A DNA stretch of 62,087 nt, counting the filler. It is 4 parts of 4 records of this genome, joined end to end, with 100 filler letters (N's around TTAATTAATTAA, not from the genome) between each part and the next. Parts side by side here need not be neighbours in the genome. Positions count along the whole stretch, not along the records: positions 1 to 30,412 come from SRR31156797_4520; 3 more parts are not named here. One strand, 5' to 3'. Positions within the stretch are counted from its first letter, which is position 1, and every line of letters starts with the position of its first letter. The position numbers were made by a program, and so were the translations under genes. Below the pieces are notes generated by a model, which was given only the letters and a program-made list of their open reading frames with translations, was not told the origin of the DNA and made no database searches. This document shows positions 17,690 through 27,934 of this stretch, piece after piece.

Positions 17690-18925
17690 CTAGATGAAAG
17701 CCCATTTAAGCAGGCTGAAAATTGTTATACTTGTGATCGCGGCAATGGGAACGGTGAGTACCCAGTAAAGCACGATTCTTCCGAGGATTTTAAAGTTGAC
17801 CGCCGAAAAGCCCCTTGCGAGACCAACTCCGACAACCGCGCCGACTGCTGCGTGGGTGGATGATACGGGCAACCCAAGGTTGGATGCTGTCAGTACGGTT
17901 GAAGCTGCACCGAAGTCAACAGCGAATCCGCGAGTGTTGGTCAGTACGGTGATTTTTTCGCCCACAGTGCCCATAACCTTGTGCCCCATGAGAGAAATAC
18001 CGACAGCGATTCCCAGTCCGCCCATGACCAGCAGTCCGATGGGAACATCAGCTTGAGCCATCAGCACATGTTCCTTGGAGATAAGGTAAATGGCTGCTAC
18101 CGGGCCGATGGCGTTGGCAACATCGTTTGCACCTTGCGAAAGGGCTACGTAACAGGATGTTCCCACCTGCAATTTCCTGAAGGTTGCTTCCACAGCTTCA
18201 GCCCCATCTTCGGGGTCACCAACCAGTTTGTTAATAGCTAGACGTCCTGCAAACCAGACCGCAGCGGCAATGGCAAAGCCGAGAGCAAGCGATCCCAGAA
18301 AGGGAAGCTTCAAGCTTTTACCTACCGGAGTTTTATATAAAAAGGATAGGGAAATCAGCAGAACTGTCAACCCCATCCAGATAGGAGCCCATTTCTTGGC
18401 TTGATGGATAAAATCCTTTTTAAAGAGGATTGTTTTCCTGATATGGGTAAAGATGGCAAAGGCGATTGTTGCGGCAAAGAACGGTGAAATAATCCAAGAC
18501 ATTACAATGCCGACCATTTTCAGCCAGTTGACTACGTCCGGGCCGCCGGCCACAAGACCGAAGCCGAGGATTGCGCCCACAATGGAGTGGGTGGATGATA
18601 CAGGCAAGGCCGTAAACGTTGATATGAGTACCCATAGTCCCGCTGCCAGCAGGGCCGAAAACATACCGATCATGATTATTTTGGGATCGGCAATTGCGGC
18701 AGGGTTAATGATCCCTTTACTGACCGTTGCGGTCACATGGGAGCCGAGGAATACTGCTCCAGCAAAGTTCAGGGTCCCTGCGATCAGTACTGCCTGCCGG
18801 ATGGTGATGGCTTTAGCTCCTACGGCCGAAGCCATGGAGTTGGCTACGTCGTTTGCGCCAAGGTTAAAGGCCATCATGAACCCTGCAAACAGGGACATGT
18901 AAAAAAACAGATCGTAAATATCCAT
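17690..18925 (-). CDS. pit: PiT-family inorganic phosphate transporter
   Basis: Two GANDVAN repeats and two LPVSSTH motifs. Confidence 0.93.
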   Translation of the reverse strand: MDIYDLFFYMSLFAGFMMAFNLGANDVANSMASAVGAKAITIRQAVLIAGTLNFAGAVFLGSHVTATVSKGIINPAAIADPKIIMIGMFSALLAAGLWVLISTFTALPVSSTHSIVGAILGFGLVAGGPDVVNWLKMVGIVMSWIISPFFAATIAFAIFTHIRKTILFKKDFIHQAKKWAPIWMGLTVLLISLSFLYKTPVGKSLKLPFLGSLALGFAIAAAVWFAGRLAINKLVGDPEDGAEAVEATFRKLQVGTSCYVALSQGANDVANAIGPVAAIYLISKEHVLMAQADVPIGLLVMGGLGIAVGISLMGHKVMGTVGEKITVLTNTRGFAVDFGAASTVLTASNLGLPVSSTHAAVGAVVGVGLARGFSAVNFKILGRIVLYWVLTVPIAAITSITIFSLLKWAFI

Positions 18926-20745
18926 TAGAGATAATCCCCTTGTTGTGAATTCCTTTCGAATTCAGAAGCTTGTTCAGCTGCTACCGGGAGTTTCACACAA
19001 AATGAAGAACCGGTACCTGTTGCTGCGTCAACCGGGCTTTCCACCCAGATGTCGCCGTTAAAGTTACGTGCAAGACTGCGGCACAAGGCCAGTCCCAATC
19101 CGGAACTGCCGTGTCCCACAGCGTTCTCATCCAGTTTGAAAAATCTTTCGAAAATACGTTCCTTGTCAGCAGGCGCAATTCCCGGACCTTCATCAACAAC
19201 TCTGATTATTGCGAATTCATGGTCTGTTTCAGCCTGAACTTTCACATCGGTGTTTTCAGGCGCATACTTGATGGCATTCTCAATGAGGTTGTCGAAAATC
19301 TGAACCAACCCTTCGCTCGTTCCGGTGATATTAATTTGCGGTATTTCACTTCTGCTGAGACTAATACTCTTGTTTTCGGCGAGAGATTGCAGGTTGGTCA
19401 TGCTTAGTGCAATACATTTTTGCAGATCAGTAGGTTTGGTGCGCAGTTTCTTTCCTGAATATTCGCTGCGGGCCAGTGCGAACATGCCAGTGATGACCTT
19501 GGACATGTGGTCTGCATTATCACGGATAGTTCCGAGGAAATTAGTCAGTATTTTCTGATCTTGCGGCGGGTTGTCGATCAATGTTTCGGAATAACCCTTG
19601 ATACTGGTCAGCGGGGTGCGTAGCTGGTGGGAAGCGTTGGAAACAAAGTCGCGAAGGATTTTTTCTATGCGGCGTACTTCGCTGATGTCATGAAAAACGA
19701 GAATCAGTTTGCGGCGGGCTTTGTAATCTTCATAGGAGCAGATGGTTACGTTCATGGACCTGCCGTCCGCAAGATCAACAATCAGGGAGTCAGAATCGTT
19801 GTCGCTGCCGTGCTTGAGGATTTTATCCACTGCATCCTGAATCTCATGGCGGGTCAGCACTTCAAGGGGGACCCTGCCAACAAATTCATGCGTATCCGGG
19901 ACAAGCTCAGTCATGGATTTGTTGACTGATTCAATTTTACCCTGCGGGTCGAGAACCATGATGCCTTCAGTCATGTTTTCGAACATGGCGTCAAGCTGGT
20001 TGCGCTGATCTTCAATGATGCGGATGTGGCCTTGAATCTTCTTGGCCATGGTGTTGATGGAATTTGCCATCAACTTATATTCTCCACCGGGAATTACTCT
20101 GATGCGTTTGCTGTAGTCACCTTCTCCGATTGCGTGTGCGGTGGCGGAGACTTCCTGCACTGCTGAGGTCGTGCGTTTGCCGATGAAGATCAAAAGAATT
20201 GCAGAGCCTACAGCCAGCATGGCAAGGAGCACTGAAAAGTGGATCATAACCCGGTCCAGCCTTTCTCCTATTATGGAGTAGGGCAGGGCCAATCTGATGA
20301 ATTCACCGTTGTTTCCCATTGATTTGGCGACGTAGAGCATACGGGTTTGCAGAGTTTTGCTGTAGCGGGTGTTCTTTCCGGTTCCGCTGGCTTCTGCGGC
20401 GATAACTTCCGGGCGGTTAGAGTGGTCATCCAGTTCAGGAAGTCTGCTCGCTTCCACACTGGAGTCAGCAAGGACTTTACCCTTTTTTATATATGTAATG
20501 CGGACATCAAGATGCGAACCGAGTTCGGTTATTTCATTTTGAAATGCGGGAGTGCCGGGACTGACCGGGCTGTGGCTGATTTTCCAGCGAACGTAATTCA
20601 GGAGTCTGGAGGTGTTTTGCCTGCTGGAAGATGTAAGCTCTTCTGACACCGTTCCATAATAGAACCAGAAGGTCAGCAATAGGGCGCATAGCAGTACTGC
20701 CCAGCCCCAAAGCAGAATCTTCATATGTAGTGATGTCTTAGGCAA
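18925..20745 (-). CDS. phoR: Phosphate-regulon sensor histidine kinase
   Basis: DDHSNRPE periplasmic motif, HAMP, PAS, DFVSNASHQLRTPLTSIKGY, NAIKY, GLGL; coupled to pit. Confidence 0.85.
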   Translation of the reverse strand: MPKTSLHMKILLWGWAVLLCALLLTFWFYYGTVSEELTSSSRQNTSRLLNYVRWKISHSPVSPGTPAFQNEITELGSHLDVRITYIKKGKVLADSSVEASRLPELDDHSNRPEVIAAEASGTGKNTRYSKTLQTRMLYVAKSMGNNGEFIRLALPYSIIGERLDRVMIHFSVLLAMLAVGSAILLIFIGKRTTSAVQEVSATAHAIGEGDYSKRIRVIPGGEYKLMANSINTMAKKIQGHIRIIEDQRNQLDAMFENMTEGIMVLDPQGKIESVNKSMTELVPDTHEFVGRVPLEVLTRHEIQDAVDKILKHGSDNDSDSLIVDLADGRSMNVTICSYEDYKARRKLILVFHDISEVRRIEKILRDFVSNASHQLRTPLTSIKGYSETLIDNPPQDQKILTNFLGTIRDNADHMSKVITGMFALARSEYSGKKLRTKPTDLQKCIALSMTNLQSLAENKSISLSRSEIPQINITGTSEGLVQIFDNLIENAIKYAPENTDVKVQAETDHEFAIIRVVDEGPGIAPADKERIFERFFKLDENAVGHGSSGLGLALCRSLARNFNGDIWVESPVDAATGTGSSFCVKLPVAAEQASEFERNSQQGDYL

Positions 20746-20794
20746 AATATTTCTCCCTGAGGATTGTCCATAACAGAAGTGTAACTTCGCTGAT

Positions 20795-20943
20795 TGTCAC
20801 AGGGGAGTAACAAGCATGTTAATATGGTTAGGTCAAGTTTTGTTACAAAAGTACATTTTTTCTGTATCTCTTTGAAATGTTAGAGTAAAGGCCTGTGTGT
20901 CTTGATTTGGCTAGCTAAATGTGATTGTTACAATACAGTGACA
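20795..20943. promoter_or_regulatory. Putative Pho boxes (11-bp period repeats)
   Basis: GTCACA/GTAACA/GTTAAT at 20796/20807/20818 (+); TGTCAC-tgtat-TGTAAC at 20943-20927 (-). Confidence 0.55.
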
Positions 20944-21092
20944 ATTGGCTTTTGTCAGCAGAGTGTGCATGTGATGGATTGAATCAACATGATATCTTTG
21001 AAACACGCAGATGGAATGTTGAACGGAGTTGAGTTTTGGTTTATTAGAGCTCAAACAGGTTCGTTAACTGATAATGAATAAGGCTGAAGGTA

Positions 21093-21335
21093 ATGTCGGA
21101 AAAAGTTGATAAAGCAATTCAGGATCTGGTTATGAATGGTCCGGTGCCCTTGGAAGAGTTGGCCGAACGATTGGGAAAGACTCCTAAAACTTTGGCCCGT
21201 GAAGTTAATCCGGATGACAAGAAAGCCAAGCTGGGTGCCGAGACCCTTGTGGAAATCATGCGTATTACCGGCGGTGTTGAGCCGCTGCGCCTTATGGCTG
21301 AGGAGCTGGATCTATCGATCGAGTCGCTTGATTAG
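21093..21335 (+). CDS. Phage CII-like regulatory protein (orphan)
   Basis: LAERLGK...LAREVNPDD..AKLG...IMRITG..PL..MA pattern typical of this HTH family. Confidence 0.7.
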   Translation: MSEKVDKAIQDLVMNGPVPLEELAERLGKTPKTLAREVNPDDKKAKLGAETLVEIMRITGGVEPLRLMAEELDLSIESLD

Positions 21336-21355
21336 CGTGGTTGTATGGTTAGGGA

Positions 21356-24031
21356 TTACAATATCGGCAAAAGCCAGATCTTGCTGTTGTACTTGAAATC
21401 AATGGATAGCCCGGAATAGTTGTCATATTTGGTCTTAATCATCCTCTTCTCGTTAAGATAGATTCCCTTCATTTCCACAAAATAAGATTTTTCCGGTTTG
21501 GCTGTGCCGTTTGAGATGCCGTTTAATCTCTGGGCGGTATCTATGAGCCGTGGTGAAATTTTAGCTGCGGCAAATTTTTGCAGCGCATGTTTTCTTTCTT
21601 CGCCGGTCATCGAGGAGAATATTTTGCCCAACTCTACAATTTCACCTGCCTCAGGATTGCTGTCCAGAGCTTCGTCATAAAGGTCATCCGCTTCTTCAAT
21701 CTCGCCTAAGGCAAGATTCACGCAGGCTAGATTGTTGAGCAACCTGCCTTTGTCTCGCTCATTCAAATCCACAGCCAGAGTGTACAGGGATTCTGCCCGT
21801 TTCAGGGTGGTAGTGGAGTTTGTATATAAGCCGACAACTGCAAGGGCGTCTGCTTTCAGGGCAACAGCTTCTTCTCTGCTTGAGGTATCTGAAAAGCTCG
21901 ATCTTCCAGCTTGCTCCAGAGCTTTGGCTAGCTCTGCGGAAGGGGCAAGAGCCATTTCCCGGATCAACAGATTAAGTTGCAGAAATCTCGGTTTCAAGCC
22001 TGCTTTGACGGACATGGGGCGTGAAATGAGCTTTCTGGCTTCTGTCCTGTTGGTAGAGTTTGTGGAGAAGTAAAGGCTTGCTGTCAGAATTTCAGGTTGT
22101 TCACCCATCTCGGTATCAAGCCGCATAGTCTGGTGGAACATATTTTCAAATGCTTCTGCATTGCTCATGGCAGGGTAGGCCAGCCACTCTTCCAGAACTT
22201 TTATTCCTGCCTTGATCAGCCTTGCCTGCGGACGGTTGAATACTTCATAACCAGTAGCAAATTCAAGAGTTTTGGGCAGGATAAATCTTGTGGCTGATGC
22301 TTCTTCTGAATTACGTCCGTCAATCCTTATGGTCGGCAGTGCTTCAGCTGTTATGCGCTCCAGCTTATAGGCCAGAGCCAGTTCATAAAAATAACGGTCT
22401 TTGTTCTTCATGCGTTCAGCCCGTTCAAGATATGGTCTTACCGAGAGCAGGCTGCCTGTGCGTTGAAAGGCGAGACGTGCAAGCCCGGTGAAAGGTCTGG
22501 CGTCATTAGGTCTTATTCCGTTAAGTTTGTGGAAAAGCGGCTCCGCAAGGTCGGGTCTGTCCAGCAGGATGAGTGCATTTCCTTTTTCCAGTTGTAGGTC
22601 AAATACGTCTTGATCAGTTATGGAGAGTACTGTTTCGCAGAGATTTGCCCTGCGAGGCAGGGAACCTATCTGGCGGCGAAGTTCATCGTCCAGTTCAGGG
22701 TTGGCTAGCAGTGGCTTGAGCTGGGTAGAAGCTGTTCCTCCGGCTTCAATATCAAGGTTACTGTATTGTGCCTTGGCTGTTGTCAGCAACATTTCGGGAG
22801 CTACTGGGAGCGATGAAACTGCAATGGCCCCGCTTAGCAGGGGGGCAGCGCGGGTAATGTCTTCCGCTTTCAGGGCCTGTCTTCCAAGGGAATACAAAAT
22901 CCAAGGGACAACCGGGGAATGAATGCGATCATGGAAAATACGGGAAGAGAGTATCAGTTGTGCTTCCTGCGCTGTTCCATATGCTTGAGTGAGAAATTCA
23001 ATGCGTTCGAGGTTTTTTTCCAATGTGTGCGGGCCGCTGTTATTCTGATTAAAGCTCTGCTGCAGTTTTTCAGAGATAGTGCGGATTGTGTGTAAATCCA
23101 GCATGGAACAGAGTTTCATCAGGATTATGCACATATCGCGGCATGAGGCATCATGTACAGATATGTTGTTCCTGATGGCTGCGGCTACAGCTACCAATTC
23201 TTCCACATCGTCCATATTGAAGCGGTGCTCGCTATTACGCAACCGAGTCAGGATGTTCTCGGCACGATAGGCTAGATATCCACTACATGTTGCGTTGCAT
23301 AGTCCGGGGAATTGGTTTTTGGAAATGGCCGGAAATTCGGGAAGGGGTAGGTCTGCAGGGCCGAGAATGTTGTCCAGCATGGCCTTGCCGGGACCGGGCA
23401 TGTTGGCAGGAATGATGGAATCCCTTTCCCTGACAGAAATTTTTACTTTGCGTCCGTCCGGTCCGGGAGTCAGATAGATACGGACCTTTTCAAATAAGCC
23501 GCAGTTTTCAAGAATGATCCGGGCAGCGATAATTTTTTGTGGGGTGGCTTTTTCTCCGGGTAGGATCTGAGCCAGTGCCATTACAGCGTTGGGAGTAAGC
23601 CGGGAATCTCCGCTGACATCAATTGAGGCAACAGATTGGTTTGAGATCAGCCGTGCTGTCGACTCTGCAAGCCTGATGGCAGCGGGTTCGGAACTGCTGC
23701 CGCCGATCTGTTTTCCCTTAATGAAAACATCCGGCTCAAGGTGAAAACTATCGGTCAGTAAAGCTGAGAAGGATGTTCCCTTCTCGTCCCTGACCATTAG
23801 TCCGGAAAGAGTGTATCTTGACTCAGGAGGCTGTGTTGTGCAGTTTGCGCAGCTCAGCCCTGCAGCAGTTAAGCGTTGTTGGATAATCGTTTTAAATTCC
23901 GGTGATGGCTGGCCGGAAGGGGTTAGGAAATCTCCTATGGATATATGCGTGGACGAGGCTTCAGCTGCTGCGGGCAGCAGGTAAATAAAAAAAGCTAGAA
24001 AAAGAAGTTTTACTAAAATTGGAAAACGCAT
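21356..24031 (-). CDS. Exported protein with one POTRA-like domain and TPR repeats
   Basis: Signal peptide; SIDVSG...GLFEKVRI...VKISVRE; TPR-like LLNNLACVNLALGEIEEADDLYDEAL. Confidence 0.7.
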   Translation of the reverse strand: MRFPILVKLLFLAFFIYLLPAAAEASSTHISIGDFLTPSGQPSPEFKTIIQQRLTAAGLSCANCTTQPPESRYTLSGLMVRDEKGTSFSALLTDSFHLEPDVFIKGKQIGGSSSEPAAIRLAESTARLISNQSVASIDVSGDSRLTPNAVMALAQILPGEKATPQKIIAARIILENCGLFEKVRIYLTPGPDGRKVKISVRERDSIIPANMPGPGKAMLDNILGPADLPLPEFPAISKNQFPGLCNATCSGYLAYRAENILTRLRNSEHRFNMDDVEELVAVAAAIRNNISVHDASCRDMCIILMKLCSMLDLHTIRTISEKLQQSFNQNNSGPHTLEKNLERIEFLTQAYGTAQEAQLILSSRIFHDRIHSPVVPWILYSLGRQALKAEDITRAAPLLSGAIAVSSLPVAPEMLLTTAKAQYSNLDIEAGGTASTQLKPLLANPELDDELRRQIGSLPRRANLCETVLSITDQDVFDLQLEKGNALILLDRPDLAEPLFHKLNGIRPNDARPFTGLARLAFQRTGSLLSVRPYLERAERMKNKDRYFYELALAYKLERITAEALPTIRIDGRNSEEASATRFILPKTLEFATGYEVFNRPQARLIKAGIKVLEEWLAYPAMSNAEAFENMFHQTMRLDTEMGEQPEILTASLYFSTNSTNRTEARKLISRPMSVKAGLKPRFLQLNLLIREMALAPSAELAKALEQAGRSSFSDTSSREEAVALKADALAVVGLYTNSTTTLKRAESLYTLAVDLNERDKGRLLNNLACVNLALGEIEEADDLYDEALDSNPEAGEIVELGKIFSSMTGEERKHALQKFAAAKISPRLIDTAQRLNGISNGTAKPEKSYFVEMKGIYLNEKRMIKTKYDNYSGLSIDFKYNSKIWLLPIL

Positions 24032-24198
24032 CTAAGCCTCTTGGTAAATATAAGTAAGATATGGCTTAATAAGTAACCTATCATGACCATTTAATCCAGT
24101 CCCACATGTTTCGACTTGGAGGGAGAACTCTGGTACAGGTAGCCAACATAACAAACATGAATTTTTTGAAAATATAGATTAGGAACCGGGATCAGCAA

Positions 24199-26133
24199 AT
24201 GGATAACACATATGAGTCAGGCCTGAATGTCTTTTGCCGCAAAAATTGGGCATTGCTGCTAGGTCTGCTGCTTCTCTTTTCAGCCGTAGTTTCCTTTTAC
24301 GGAACATGGCTGAATTATTTTTACGATATTGACGAACCCAAATATGCTCGCGCTGTGTATGAAATGATCCACAGCGGCAACTTTCTGGCTCCCATGTTTG
24401 ACGGCATGCCGCGGATGGAGAAACCGCCGCTGACCTACTGGGTAATGTTTCCATTTGCTTGGCTGGCTTCACTTGACGGTTTTAGTGGCAACATTCTGCC
24501 CTTGCTTCGTCTGCCCGCGGTAATTTGTTCCGTGCTTATGGTGCTGGGAACCGTCTTGACCGGGCGTAAGCTTTTCGGTCCTGCCACTGGGCTGCTGGCC
24601 GGAATGATCTTGCAAAGTTCAGTGCTTTTCAAATTTATGACCGTGATGATGAAGGTTGACGTGGTTTTCGCTTGTTGTGTCACTTGGGCCACTTATTTTT
24701 ATCTACTGCGTTATCTTGGAGAGAAAAGTCCACGCGTAGCAATAGGCGGGGCAGTGCTGACCGCATTAGGTGTGCTGGCTAAAGGTCCGTTCGCTTTCCT
24801 GCCTATGGCCGGGTATGCCTTGGCTGTGGGAATACGTCATAATGTTAATAAAAAGCATGAGTCCGGCGAATCAGCATCTTTTCTTTCCGCCATGAATATC
24901 AAGGGACTGGTTGCGGCCAAATGGGCTGATCGCAACATCCTGTTGCTTTGGTTTGTTGCCGGATGCGTTCCCTTTTTTCTTTGGCTTTACGGGGCATGGC
25001 TTAGCTCCGGCTTTGACTATACTCAGGGGTTGGTCGGGCAGTTCTTTCATAACACTGCCTCCACAAGTTCCAAGGTTACGAATAAGTTGGGTCATCTTGA
25101 TCCTTATTTCGATACCCTGACGGTTATATTTTTCCCCTGGGGCGGTTACGTGTTTGGGACTGTTTATGGCATCTGGCGCACTGTCAGGGAAAAGTTCAAT
25201 GAAAAGTATGTCTTCATGGCCTGCGTTTTTTTAGTCTACCTGATAGTATTCACCCTGCTGTTTAAGCTTAAGTCCAATCGCTACATGTTGCCGATACTGC
25301 CGCTGCTTTCCATTCTGGTCTGTGACTGGCTGATCAATGCCAAGCGGGATAAAGCATACCGCACTCTTTTTGAGATGGGCTTTATCTGGATTTTGTCCAT
25401 GGCGGCCATGCTCGGTTACCGTTCATTCAAATCCATGAGTGTTTCGGTCAACCTTGCAGACCGGGTCCCTGTGGGGCCATATATGGAGATGATGTTTCCA
25501 TTCTTTGTTGCTCTGGGCGGTTTTTTTCTGGTGATGCTCATTGTGAGTATTAAGCAATCCCAGCGTCCGGCCTTGCACATTGTGGTCGGTTCATTGGCAA
25601 TCTCGGCGGTGATGCCTTTTTATTTCAAAGCTCTACCTTCCTATGCTTCGCTGACTGAGAATCGCCCCCTGCCAATACTTGGGCAGGCTTTGACTGATAG
25701 GATTGCGGAGTTTTCAGACGGGGATACCCTTGTGCTGCACCGCCCCTTTTTCATTAAGTCCTTTTCGGATGTGGGCTACTATTTGAAAAAGCTTGATAAG
25801 GATGGAAACTGCATGTACTCGCTCGGTTCCGGGGTGCGTCCTGGTGAACTGATGCAGGCTCTGGCGACTCCTCAAATCGCGGCGGAGCTGTTTAAAAAGG
25901 AACATCCGGATGCGGAAAAATATCCGGTTTATCAATATCTGAAAAATAAGAAGTTCAAGAATGCGGTTCTGCTGCTTTCTTCAATTGATTACTATAAATT
26001 AAAACCCTTCATCGATTCCCTGCCGCCCATGGTCCGAAACCTTGTGGAAATAGAAGAACGGGAGTTGCTGACTATAAAATGGATTAAGGACAAGGTTTAT
26101 ATTGTCCGCTTTAGTCCCGGTAAAATGAAATAA
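24199..26133 (+). CDS. ArnT/PMT-family (GT-C) membrane glycosyltransferase
   Basis: DEPKYARAVYEM, EKPPLTYW, LAKGP, K..RYMLP; many TM helices. Confidence 0.88.
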   Translation: MDNTYESGLNVFCRKNWALLLGLLLLFSAVVSFYGTWLNYFYDIDEPKYARAVYEMIHSGNFLAPMFDGMPRMEKPPLTYWVMFPFAWLASLDGFSGNILPLLRLPAVICSVLMVLGTVLTGRKLFGPATGLLAGMILQSSVLFKFMTVMMKVDVVFACCVTWATYFYLLRYLGEKSPRVAIGGAVLTALGVLAKGPFAFLPMAGYALAVGIRHNVNKKHESGESASFLSAMNIKGLVAAKWADRNILLLWFVAGCVPFFLWLYGAWLSSGFDYTQGLVGQFFHNTASTSSKVTNKLGHLDPYFDTLTVIFFPWGGYVFGTVYGIWRTVREKFNEKYVFMACVFLVYLIVFTLLFKLKSNRYMLPILPLLSILVCDWLINAKRDKAYRTLFEMGFIWILSMAAMLGYRSFKSMSVSVNLADRVPVGPYMEMMFPFFVALGGFFLVMLIVSIKQSQRPALHIVVGSLAISAVMPFYFKALPSYASLTENRPLPILGQALTDRIAEFSDGDTLVLHRPFFIKSFSDVGYYLKKLDKDGNCMYSLGSGVRPGELMQALATPQIAAELFKKEHPDAEKYPVYQYLKNKKFKNAVLLLSSIDYYKLKPFIDSLPPMVRNLVEIEERELLTIKWIKDKVYIVRFSPGKMK

Positions 26134-27185
26134 TGTCAGATAAAAATAGAATGATAGACATACTTGATTTGGAATACAGCGAGCTTGAATCTTTTGTCTC
26201 GCAGGAGCTTAATGCTCCCCGTTTCCGCACAGACCAGATCTGGCAGTGGCTCTGGCAGAAGGGTACTGCGGATTTCGATTCCATGACCAACCTTGCCAAG
26301 AATCTGCGCGAGGATTTGAAGAGTAAAGCGATTATTAATCATCCGCAGGTGGATGTGGTCCAGACCAGTAAGGACGGCACCATCAAGCTGCTCCTACGTC
26401 TTAATGACGGCGCTCTGGTGGAGACCGTGCTTATCCCTATGGAAGGGCGCTACACCCAGTGTCTGTCCACTCAGGTGGGCTGCGCCATGGCCTGTACCTT
26501 CTGCAATACCGGGTTGATGGGCTTTGAGCGCAACATGTCTATGTCTGAAATGCTTGGTCAGGTATTGGCGGGCCGCAAATATCTGCGTGAAAATAATCTT
26601 GATCCGCTCAAGAACCTTGTTTTCATGGGTATGGGTGAACCCTTGCTCAATCTTGATAACTTGATCCGTACCCTTCGGAATCTCAACAACCCGGATGGGC
26701 TTTCCTTTGTGCCCCGGCGCATAACCGTTTCTTCTGTGGGCTTTGTCAAACAGCTTGAAGAACTGGGGAAGACCGGGTTGACCCTTCCGGCAATCTCCCT
26801 GCATGCTCCCACACAGGAGCTGCGCGAGAAGATTATGCCCAAGGCCGCTAAGACACATATCGAAGATCTGCTGGCAGCCATGGACCGTTTTCCGCTTAAG
26901 CCGAGGGAAAAGGTCACTTACGAATATTTGCTGTTGGGCGGGGTTAACGATTCCATTGAACATGCCAAGCAGTTGGTTAAGTTGCTCGGACACCGTCGCT
27001 GCAAGGTTAATCTCATTGCCTACAATCCCGGCGATGATCCTCTTTACGAGGCTCCTTCAAGGAATAAGGTGCTGGCATTTGAAAAATATCTTTGGGATAA
27101 GAAGATAACTGCAACTATCCGCAGGTCCATGGGACAGGATATTAAAGCGGCTTGCGGGCAGCTTAAGGCTGATCAGATAAAATAA
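26133..27185 (+). CDS. rlmN: 23S rRNA A2503 / tRNA C2-methyltransferase (radical SAM)
   Basis: CLSTQVGCAMACTFC, FMGMGEP, ISLHA, DIKAACGQL. Confidence 0.96.
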   Translation: MSDKNRMIDILDLEYSELESFVSQELNAPRFRTDQIWQWLWQKGTADFDSMTNLAKNLREDLKSKAIINHPQVDVVQTSKDGTIKLLLRLNDGALVETVLIPMEGRYTQCLSTQVGCAMACTFCNTGLMGFERNMSMSEMLGQVLAGRKYLRENNLDPLKNLVFMGMGEPLLNLDNLIRTLRNLNNPDGLSFVPRRITVSSVGFVKQLEELGKTGLTLPAISLHAPTQELREKIMPKAAKTHIEDLLAAMDRFPLKPREKVTYEYLLLGGVNDSIEHAKQLVKLLGHRRCKVNLIAYNPGDDPLYEAPSRNKVLAFEKYLWDKKITATIRRSMGQDIKAACGQLKADQIK

Positions 27186-27187
27186 AT

Positions 27188-27222
27188 AAAAAGCGGGGTA
27201 GTTAAAACTACCCCGCTTTTTT
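27188..27222. terminator. Bidirectional Rho-independent terminator
   Basis: aaaaagcggggtagtt-aa-aactaccccgcttttt between convergent genes. Confidence 0.88.
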
Positions 27223-27934
27223 ATAGTTCTGTAACCAGTATGGTTTCAGCTTGATCCGGTCTCAGGTGCAAGCGTAAGCCCTCTTTGGTCATTATGATTA
27301 TTCGTCCGGCATTACCCATCCGTACGTCTCTGGCCGGTTCTACGGATTCAATGAATATTTCCGCTCCCTTCTTGATCCCGATATCTGTAATGGCCTTGGA
27401 TGCCCTCGGGCCGCCCAATATGTTTTTAACTGCAAAAGGGCGGCCTTTACCACAGGTTGCCAGCTGGCAGGCTGTGCCATCACATTCCCCCCAGACTTTT
27501 GCGGCCATCCCTTCAGTAATAGAGGTCTGCTTGCCATCTACCACTGTCTTGTAGGTCATTGGAGGCAGGCAGCGGATCAGCTTAATGTTGTCACCCTCGG
27601 ATATCCCAAGAATCTTGAGACTTTTTTCCAGCTGTGATCCGGCGGTCAGTCCTTCAATGTGCCCTTGCTCACCGGGACTCATTTCAAATATCGGGGTCTT
27701 GTGCCCGTCATCGTGGTGGACAATAACTTTGGAAGCCATGCCGGCCGCAAGGAGCACTTCTCCCTGTGGACCTTGGATTCTTACCGGATGCTGGACGGAA
27801 TCTTCGGACATGACTTCGAGTTCTGAACCTGTATGTAGCCCCATGCGTTCAAGGCGGTTCTTCAGACTGTCGCTGGTCACGGCCTTGAGCATCAGGTTTT
27901 TCTCTACAGGTGCATTTCTTAATGTCAGGGACAT
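27221..27934 (-). CDS. Protein with three FeoA-like domains
   Basis: RLERMGLHTGSELEV, LKILGISEGDNIKL, ITDIGIKKGAEIFI repeats. Confidence 0.8.
   Translation of the reverse strand: MSLTLRNAPVEKNLMLKAVTSDSLKNRLERMGLHTGSELEVMSEDSVQHPVRIQGPQGEVLLAAGMASKVIVHHDDGHKTPIFEMSPGEQGHIEGLTAGSQLEKSLKILGISEGDNIKLIRCLPPMTYKTVVDGKQTSITEGMAAKVWGECDGTACQLATCGKGRPFAVKNILGGPRASKAITDIGIKKGAEIFIESVEPARDVRMGNAGRIIIMTKEGLRLHLRPDQAETILVTEL

Noticed and set aside
21093-21335. Prophage
   Set aside because: A single CII-like gene with no integrase, structural genes or att sites.
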